A DNA stretch of 30,674 nucleotides, from NCBI GenBank assembly GCA_051439505.1, contig JBFRWI010000176.1, positions 1 to 30,674 on the forward strand. Reading direction: 5' to 3'. Of the stretch, positions 24,977-30,674 are shown one piece after another; the stretch's first letter is position 1, and each line of letters opens with the position of its first letter. Under the pieces are notes generated by a model. The model saw only the letters and a list, made by a program, of their open reading frames with translations. It made no database searches and was not told the DNA's origin. The translations under genes were made by a program, and so were the position numbers. The DNA is from Hormoscilla sp. GTDB lineage: Bacteria; Cyanobacteriota; Cyanobacteriia; Cyanobacteriales; Desertifilaceae.

Positions 24977-26205
24977 TAACGTCTCAACATATCCCAGAGA
25001 AAGGCGATTTTGCCTTTGCCAATTTTATAGGTTTTGAGCAACCGGATAATCCGCAGCGGATAGTAGAGAAAAAATAGGAAACTGGGTAATGCAAATTTTT
25101 CTCTGTCTTTTTCATTTATATCGACAGCAATCTTTAGAAAATATCGCACTTTACTCCATAAATTCGTTTCCCTTGTTCCCAAGAAGCTGAATACATGGGA
25201 TATATAGCTATATTCCGCTAATTTATGATAAACAAACTGCTCGTGTTGCTTGGCAAGTTCTGCAAGTTCTGGAAACTGCTTGCTATGAACTGCTAGTTCT
25301 TTGGGAAGGGATATTTGCAGGTACCTTTGGGCGATCGCAATTCCTAACCAAAACTTGCGATCGCTGTAATTCGTTCCACATCCAGCAAGAATATCCTGCC
25401 AATTGACATCTGGATAAATCTGAATTAAAGCGGCAAAATCGCAGATTCTTTTCAAGAAGTTCCAATCTTCCTTCGCCCCATGTATATAACCAAGGGCGAG
25501 AGTATTTTCCGGTGAAAAGGTGGTAACAGGTCTCCCAGCAATAGATATGGTTTGTAATCCCTCAAAAAAAGATTCCGAATTGACGCGCAGATAAAAAAAC
25601 TGCGGTGCGAGGCCAAAATGCAGGTCTATGTTAACCTTACCATCATGTCGCAGCATTTGAGATTGTTCAATCTCTGCTTCAAAGCTATCAGAATATTTCC
25701 CACAGTATCCCCGTTCTTTAAGCAAATCTTTAGCTTTGGGAAAATCTTTTGGGCGCACCAGGATATCCAAATCGCTGAAGTCTCGCAACGCCATGTTACC
25801 ATAAGCTAATGTCGCCCAAATTGGACCTTTGAACGGAATCGCCTGAATGTCCCGTGCGGCTAATAAGTCGAGAACTTCAAATAGTTCTTTGGTCAGGAAC
25901 AAGTTGCGACCGATTCTTTTTTGAGCTTCAACTTGGAGTTGCTCGTAGATAGATGGGGGAATTAGTTCTGGGTGAGTATTCTTTAGAGTTTGGTAGAAAA
26001 GCAGAAATACATTATTCTCGACTGCTTTACCCATGATAGCATCCCAATCTAGATCGTTTCGGAGCAGGTCGGCAATTTCAGCCGAGGTGGCCGTATTGAA
26101 TTGGTGACGGATGCAGCACAGAAGCAATTCAGCTTCCGATCGGATGCTTCCTTTTTGGCTGATTATTTGAGTGCCAGTAGGATCTGTGGTCTGTTCTGCA
26201 ATCAT
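24976..26205 (-). CDS. Nucleotidyltransferase family protein (NTP_transf_5-like)
   Basis: IPFKGP..A..AYG...LR.FSDLDILV, IDLHF, IHGAKEDW..LKRICDF. Confidence 0.85.
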   Translation of the reverse strand: MIAEQTTDPTGTQIISQKGSIRSEAELLLCCIRHQFNTATSAEIADLLRNDLDWDAIMGKAVENNVFLLFYQTLKNTHPELIPPSIYEQLQVEAQKRIGRNLFLTKELFEVLDLLAARDIQAIPFKGPIWATLAYGNMALRDFSDLDILVRPKDFPKAKDLLKERGYCGKYSDSFEAEIEQSQMLRHDGKVNIDLHFGLAPQFFYLRVNSESFFEGLQTISIAGRPVTTFSPENTLALGYIHGAKEDWNFLKRICDFAALIQIYPDVNWQDILAGCGTNYSDRKFWLGIAIAQRYLQISLPKELAVHSKQFPELAELAKQHEQFVYHKLAEYSYISHVFSFLGTRETNLWSKVRYFLKIAVDINEKDREKFALPSFLFFLYYPLRIIRLLKTYKIGKGKIAFLWDMLRR

Positions 26206-26450
26206 AGCTCAATCTTGGGCTTACAGGGTAGTCAGGTTGTTAAACTTAGTATAGTCGATCGCCGTGGCATTTTTTTGGTATGTTATATTAAATCAGGGGA
26301 ATTACCCACAATTAATATAACCAGACTCTCACCATCTAGAGCGTCAGGGAACTATACCGGTTGTTGGGTTTCGTGCCTCAACCAAACCTACAGTTCCAGA
26401 ATGTTTAATCCATGATATGGTATAAATAGGAAGAAAATCACAAGAAAAGC

Positions 26451-26738
26451 ATGTTACAATTTTCATTGGATCGGAAAATATCAGCCGCACCGAATGTTAT
26501 GGCTCAAGACTTGGCAGGGGAGTCGGTTTTGCTTAACCTGCAAACGGAAGAGTATTATGGTCTCGATGACGTCGGCACGCGGATCTGGCAAACCCTGACA
26601 GAGAAAGACTCCATTCAGGACGCGATCGATGCGTTGGTAGTTGAGTATAAGGTAGATCCAGAACAGTTACGGCATGATGTAGAAAATCTCATTGCAGAAT
26701 TATTAGCAAATGGACTGGTTGAAGTTAGGGATTCGTAA
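26451..26738 (+). CDS. PqqD-family RiPP recognition element (lasso B1-like)
   Basis: GESVLLNL.TEEYYGLDDVGTRIWQ.L...L..EYKVD.EQL..DV..LI.EL...GLV. Confidence 0.92.
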   Translation: MLQFSLDRKISAAPNVMAQDLAGESVLLNLQTEEYYGLDDVGTRIWQTLTEKDSIQDAIDALVVEYKVDPEQLRHDVENLIAELLANGLVEVRDS

Positions 26739-27186
26739 ATGCCGCAGTTTTTGGGGCCTGGACAGCCTGGAACGCTGGCTGTTGCTGCAAGCACTTCTCT
26801 TGCTACCCCTTGTGGCTTTATCCTTAAAATGGAGGGGGGTAAAGTGGACGCAAGGGGGTTTGGTTCGACTGCTACCGGCTGCAAAAATGCCCCTGCAAAA
26901 TGGCGATCGCATCTCCAAAATTGTGAAGACAACTCGGATGGTGCAGTTGGCAGTAAAATATTGCCAACCTTGGGCCAAATGCCTGCAAAAGTCCCTGGTG
27001 CTGTGGGGTTTGCTGCGTCACCAGGGAATTGACAGCGAATTGCGCATTGGGGTACGACGAGAAACTAGCAATTTTGAGGCCCACGCTTGGGTAGAATGCG
27101 AAGGTTTTGTCCTCAATGACGCTGGAGACGTGCGCGATCGCTTTGCCACGTTCGATCGTCCGATTGAATTGAATCTCCCCTCTTGA
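26710..27186 (+). CDS. Lasso peptide B2-like leader peptidase (transglutaminase-like)
   Basis: KCLQKSL (Cys), LRIGVR, FEAHAWVE (His), LND (Asp); overlaps the B1 3' end by 29 nt. Confidence 0.92.
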   Translation: MDWLKLGIRKCRSFWGLDSLERWLLLQALLLLPLVALSLKWRGVKWTQGGLVRLLPAAKMPLQNGDRISKIVKTTRMVQLAVKYCQPWAKCLQKSLVLWGLLRHQGIDSELRIGVRRETSNFEAHAWVECEGFVLNDAGDVRDRFATFDRPIELNLPS

Positions 27187-27194
27187 AAAACTTG

Positions 27195-27413
27195 ATGTCT
27201 GTTCAAACTGCTTTACAATTTATTCAGCAAGTACGTGCCGATGAAGGGTTAAAAAATAGACTTTTATCCCTGAATAGCAGCCCTGATTTAGAAAGTTTTG
27301 TCAAGCTTGGTGCTGAAGTCGGACTGGTTTTCACGACTGAAGAACTGGAAGCAGCGCACAAACACGACTGGGCGATGCGTTGGTTGCTGTATTCAAAAGA
27401 GGACAGGCAATGA
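27195..27413 (+). CDS. Nif11-like leader domain protein, candidate RiPP precursor (72 aa)
   Basis: MSVQTALQFIQQVRADEGLKNRL...FVKLGAEVGLVFTTEEL matches the Nif11 pattern (F...V..D..L....G..FT.EEL); starts 8 nt after the B2 stop. Confidence 0.8.
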   Translation: MSVQTALQFIQQVRADEGLKNRLLSLNSSPDLESFVKLGAEVGLVFTTEELEAAHKHDWAMRWLLYSKEDRQ

Positions 27414-28643
27414 TTTCAAACCGCGCCCGAGAAAACTGTCCTCCCATTCTAAAGATGCCGTTGCTAAGGATAATCCGGGCAAACGGCGCACCAGCGTTCC
27501 CACGGCAATTTCTGCTACTAATTTAGCCAAGTGCTTGCCGATACAGTTATGAATTCCTAGACCAAAAGAAAGGTAGGGATTGGGTTGGCGTCTAATGTCA
27601 AATTTGTCGGGGTCGGGGAACTGGGCCGGATCTCGATTGGCAGCACCTATGAGACAATTGACTACTTCACCTTGATGAATGATTTGATTTGATAGTTTGA
27701 GATCGGACAGTACTGTACGGGCGATCCCCTGCACCGGACTTTCATAGCGCAGGACTTCAGAGATGGTCATTTCTATTTTTGACGGATCTGCTTGTAGCAA
27801 CTGTAGCTGATCTGGATGATTCAGTAATGTTAGTATGCTGCTGCCAATTAAATTCCCGGTCGAGGAATGTCCGACCGCAAACATCATGATGCAATTCCCT
27901 AAAAGTTCTTCTTCACTTAATTGGCCCTCATCTGCTGCTTTAATTAGGCTGTTAATTAGGTTATCTTGGGCCTCAGATCCGCTGCGGCATTTAGCAATCC
28001 AATTGCGGAAGTATTCAGCTAAACCCGCGATCGCTAGCAGACCTCGTTCGTTGTCGATCGGGGTAACGTCCAGATCCGCTACTACGGACAAGTTCTCCGA
28101 CCACTGCTGGAACCGGGGATGCCATTCTGCTTCTGGAATTCCCAATATCTCGAAGTTGACACCCAAGGTGAGGGGATAAGCGAGATCGTGAATAATATTC
28201 ATTTTGCCCCGATCAATAACGCGATCGATCAATTCGTCAACTTGGGCCTGAATGCGCGATCGCAAGGTTTGAATGCCCGATTGAGTGAAGGGACTGCGCA
28301 ACAACTGACGGATTCTGGTATGATCGGGTGGATTGCGCAGCACTAACCACAGCTTCATCAGTCTTTGACTTTCCTGACGGAGGGACAGGAATTTGTGAAT
28401 TTGCTCTTGCTTTGCCGTCATCAGGTTTGCCAGTCCTCCCTCGGAACGGCCAAAGCTAGGGTTTTTGAGAACTTCGACAATATCAGCATAGCGCGTCAGC
28501 ACCCAATCTTTTCGTTCGGGTCGATAGTAGATAGGATGGTGACTCCGCAGGTACTCATAGCTGGGATAGGGGTTGGCCCGAAATTCGGGCGATCGGGGAT
28601 TAAAGGGTAAAGGCACAATTTCGTTTTGATTTTTTTCATTCAT
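27393..28643 (-). CDS. Cytochrome P450 (CYP107/BioI-like)
   Basis: NPYP.Y..LR, PPDHTRIR, ExxR (EVLR), AANRDP, heme motif FGLGIHNCIG. Alternative TTG start at 28652. Confidence 0.95.
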   Translation of the reverse strand: MNEKNQNEIVPLPFNPRSPEFRANPYPSYEYLRSHHPIYYRPERKDWVLTRYADIVEVLKNPSFGRSEGGLANLMTAKQEQIHKFLSLRQESQRLMKLWLVLRNPPDHTRIRQLLRSPFTQSGIQTLRSRIQAQVDELIDRVIDRGKMNIIHDLAYPLTLGVNFEILGIPEAEWHPRFQQWSENLSVVADLDVTPIDNERGLLAIAGLAEYFRNWIAKCRSGSEAQDNLINSLIKAADEGQLSEEELLGNCIMMFAVGHSSTGNLIGSSILTLLNHPDQLQLLQADPSKIEMTISEVLRYESPVQGIARTVLSDLKLSNQIIHQGEVVNCLIGAANRDPAQFPDPDKFDIRRQPNPYLSFGLGIHNCIGKHLAKLVAEIAVGTLVRRLPGLSLATASLEWEDSFLGRGLKSLPVLF

Positions 28644-28664
28644 ATTTCTCAACTACTACAATTA

Positions 28665-28730
28665 CCTCGTTCCCAGTCTCTGGCTGGGAACGACTATTGA
28701 GAGGCTCCGCCTCCAGTTTATCAAAGCTAG
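28665..28730. repeat. REP family B left arm; 55 bp identical to 29606-29660
   Basis: GTCTCTGGCTGGGAACGACTATTGAGAGGCTCCGCCTCCAGTTTATCAAAGCTAG at 28676-28730 and 29606-29660. Confidence 0.9.
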
Positions 28731-28737
28731 ATGATAT

Positions 28738-29139
28738 CTACTCACTTTGCCAATCCTCAATTTTCAAATCCTGTACCCGACTGAATTCTCGGACATTGTG
28801 GGTGACCAGCGTTAGATCGTGTACCAAGGAGATCGCTGCAATTTGCAAGTCATAAGCACCGATAGGTTTCCCTTGGTTCGATAGTTGAGCCCGAATGCGT
28901 CCACAAATTCGGGCTGCATCATCATCAAAAGGCAGAGAAGGAAACAGTTTAAGAAAATCTTGCTGTCTCCTAATGGATTGAGTGGGATTATTGCTACGCA
29001 TTGCTCCATAGAACAACTCGGCTTTTGTGACTGAGGACACAGCCGTCTCATACAAGTGGATAGATAACTTGCGGGTAATCGGAGAATCAGCAAATTTCAG
29101 GTGATGGATGCAAGCATTGGTATCGAGTAGATAAATCAT
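28738..29139 (-). CDS. vapC: PIN-domain toxin
   Basis: YLLDTN, AELFYG, PIGAYDLQIAA, LVTHNVREF.RV..L.IEDW. Confidence 0.93.
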   Translation of the reverse strand: MIYLLDTNACIHHLKFADSPITRKLSIHLYETAVSSVTKAELFYGAMRSNNPTQSIRRQQDFLKLFPSLPFDDDAARICGRIRAQLSNQGKPIGAYDLQIAAISLVHDLTLVTHNVREFSRVQDLKIEDWQSE

Positions 29140-29257
29140 ATAAATTCACGCACAAGTATTACTTTCCCTCCGCAATTATTCTACCAATTTATTCGGCCTT
29201 GCGATCTAGAAAAAAATTCTACCCTCTCATTTGCAGATTCTACCTGCCAAGGATTAT

Positions 29258-29304
29258 CTGGAGGCGGGAGCCTCCAATAAGCGCATCCGTGCCGAGTCAA
29301 TTAT
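29258..29304. repeat. Degenerate inverted (right) arm of REP family B
   Basis: CTGGAGGCGGGAGCCTCCAATAA is close to the reverse complement of CTATTGAGAGGCTCCGCCTCCAG; ends CGAGTCAATTAT like CGAGTCAATAAT near 29736. Confidence 0.6.
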
Positions 29305-29332
29305 CTCATATATTTAATAAAATGGTATTAAA

Positions 29333-29545
29333 TCACGTCATGTCAAGTAATACTTCCTCGTACTCGCCCTGCTCTGGCCTCTCTAAATCCGGTATAGTCC
29401 CTGCTGTTTTCTGAAGTAGGTCGAGCAATTCCGGTGATTCTGGTCTAATTATAACTGTAACGTTATGATTTTTTAATTCGTCAGGAAGCTGTAACTGTAA
29501 CAGCCCGTCTGAGTTAACGCATGAGTGTAAAGTAATGAGTTGCAT
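29333..29545 (-). CDS. Putative antitoxin (VapB-like) upstream of vapC
   Basis: 70 aa; beta-rich N-terminus (V.SDGLLQLQLP...VTVII) and acidic tail (LERPEQGEYEE); same strand and upstream of the PIN toxin; AGGAG upstream. Confidence 0.65.
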   Translation of the reverse strand: MQLITLHSCVNSDGLLQLQLPDELKNHNVTVIIRPESPELLDLLQKTAGTIPDLERPEQGEYEEVLLDMT

Positions 29546-29567
29546 AAGCTCCTTCCTGATTTTCTAA

Positions 29568-29740
29568 TACCTCGTTTCCAGTTTACCTCATTCCCAGTCT
29601 CGGGCGTCTCTGGCTGGGAACGACTATTGAGAGGCTCCGCCTCCAGTTTATCAAAGCTAGGAAATGATTACCAGTCTAGCGGATCCCACCTTGAGGCAGA
29701 GCCTCGGGTGTGCGTTCCCAGGCGGAGCCCGGGAACGAGT
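29568..29740. repeat. Complete REPIN-like doublet (family B inverted arms)
   Basis: Left arm ...CTGGGAACG...GAGGCTCCGCCTC; right arm GAGGCAGAGCCTC...GCGTTCCCAGGCGGAGCCCGGGAACGAG. Confidence 0.8.
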
Positions 29741-29758
29741 CAATAATATTTATTATTA

Positions 29759-29944
29759 TCAAACATTATTTGCATAGTTCATCAAATCATTCATTCTTTC
29801 TTCTCTAATCAAAGATACCCAATCAACTTCAGGCAATGGCCCTTGGTTTTTTATGACTAGAAAGCCCTCAATACAAACGAAGAGACTTTCATCTGTCTCG
29901 GTAGTTTGTTCTGAAGAAACTTGTAAAGGCATTTTTTCACTCAT
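29759..29944 (-). CDS. Small hypothetical protein, possibly an orphan antitoxin
   Basis: 61 aa, acidic, G.LVI...G...D.V..IREER pattern; starts 10 nt after the methyltransferase stop. Confidence 0.4.
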   Translation of the reverse strand: MSEKMPLQVSSEQTTETDESLFVCIEGFLVIKNQGPLPEVDWVSLIREERMNDLMNYANNV

Positions 29945-29954
29945 ATTTTCTTGC

Positions 29955-30674
29955 TCAATCTGCTACAATATCTATGAGGGGAAATGCTTTACCCCACATG
30001 ATAGGCGATCGCATGGCGATATCGACCAGACTTCTAAGGATATTCAGTTGTCCGGGAGGTTCCCGATCGCCATATACCCGATCTAGATTTTCCTTCCACA
30101 GGGCGATCGTCCGCAGGGAGGGAAAGCGCCGGTCTTCCATGAATTGAATTTTCCAGCCCGCGGACTCCACATCCCGAACCAGTTCGGAAACCGTGCAAAG
30201 AACGATCGAGCCACCAAAGGTCGTTCTATCTCCAGAATAGCCGTCCGCAGCACAACTCTCTGATAAGATTAAGCGAGACCCACGGGAACGCAGTCGGCGC
30301 AGCAGTCCAGCTTTGTTTCTAATATGGGAAATCATTTCCAGTGAGAATATTATATCATATTCCCCCGGAATGTCATCTAACTCTTCTTCCAAGTCTTGCT
30401 GCCAGACATTTAAACCCAGGCTGCGGCAATATGATACCTGTCCGCTGCTAGATGATATCCCTGTTATAGCACAATTGCGCTCCGCAATTAACATCTTGGC
30501 CGGTCCTCCCCAACCGCAGCCGATATCTAAAACCCGCGCCCCCGGAGTAATATAATCGTAATAATTCCTCACCGTTTGCCTTAAGCCGGTTTCTAAATCT
30601 TCCGACCCGCGAAAATACCCAAAATGGTAATGGAGGTCTTCGCCGATAATCTGTTTCCAGGCAGTAATTGATTC
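29955..30674 (-). CDS. Class I SAM-dependent methyltransferase (CMAS/sterol/sarcosine-MT-like); 5' end outside the window
   Basis: Frame open to the window edge (ESITAWKQIIGEDLHYHFGYF...); VLDIGCGWGG; YDIIFSLEMISHI. Confidence 0.9.
   Translation of the reverse strand, partial: ESITAWKQIIGEDLHYHFGYFRGSEDLETGLRQTVRNYYDYITPGARVLDIGCGWGGPAKMLIAERNCAITGISSSSGQVSYCRSLGLNVWQQDLEEELDDIPGEYDIIFSLEMISHIRNKAGLLRRLRSRGSRLILSESCAADGYSGDRTTFGGSIVLCTVSELVRDVESAGWKIQFMEDRRFPSLRTIALWKENLDRVYGDREPPGQLNILRSLVDIAMRSPIMWGKAFPLIDIVAD

Noticed and set aside
26206..26450. Lasso precursor ORF upstream of B1
   Set aside because: ATG-initiated frames on both strands are only a few codons long and none has a YxxP-L leader or Thr(-2)/Gly core pattern.
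1..30674. Dense GCGATCGC sites as a novel repeat
   Set aside because: This is the well-known cyanobacterial HIP1 element; used only as a taxonomic marker.
1..30674. tRNA, rRNA, transposase or integrase genes; antisense ORFs nested in long genes
   Set aside because: No cloverleaf, rRNA-like or transposase motifs were recognised; nested ORFs are shadows of well-supported genes.

Overview
Chromosomal window from a cyanobacterium. HIP1 octamers (GCGATCGC) are dense, heptamer short tandem repeats occur, and PSII genes are present; a filamentous, repeat-rich lineage is an inference. The left part holds a 5'-truncated multi-Hpt CheA hybrid kinase and cheB. Between them is a ~4.7 kb island with a KamA-type radical SAM aminomutase, a PQ-loop-like membrane protein, decayed methyltransferases, three MITEs and a diverged cheB fragment. 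The middle is conserved core: yqgF, DUF3146, pth, tatA, psbH, psbN, GH38 alpha-mannosidase, DUF3122, a hypothetical protein, psbI, an LptD-like/DUF3769 gene, an Ftn6-like gene and an HD protein. Palindromic repeats sit in frame inside two of these genes. The right part is the best candidate for a novel system: a hybrid RiPP-like locus. It has an ABC exporter, an NTP_transf_5 nucleotidyltransferase, lasso-type B1 (PqqD/RRE) and B2 (peptidase) genes, a Nif11-like peptide with an aromatic-rich tail and no GG motif, and a P450 with an atypical I-helix. No lasso cyclase or canonical lasso precursor is in the window. A REP-interleaved VapBC-like module and a SAM methyltransferase cut by the window edge follow. 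All family assignments come from motif recognition; no database search was run.
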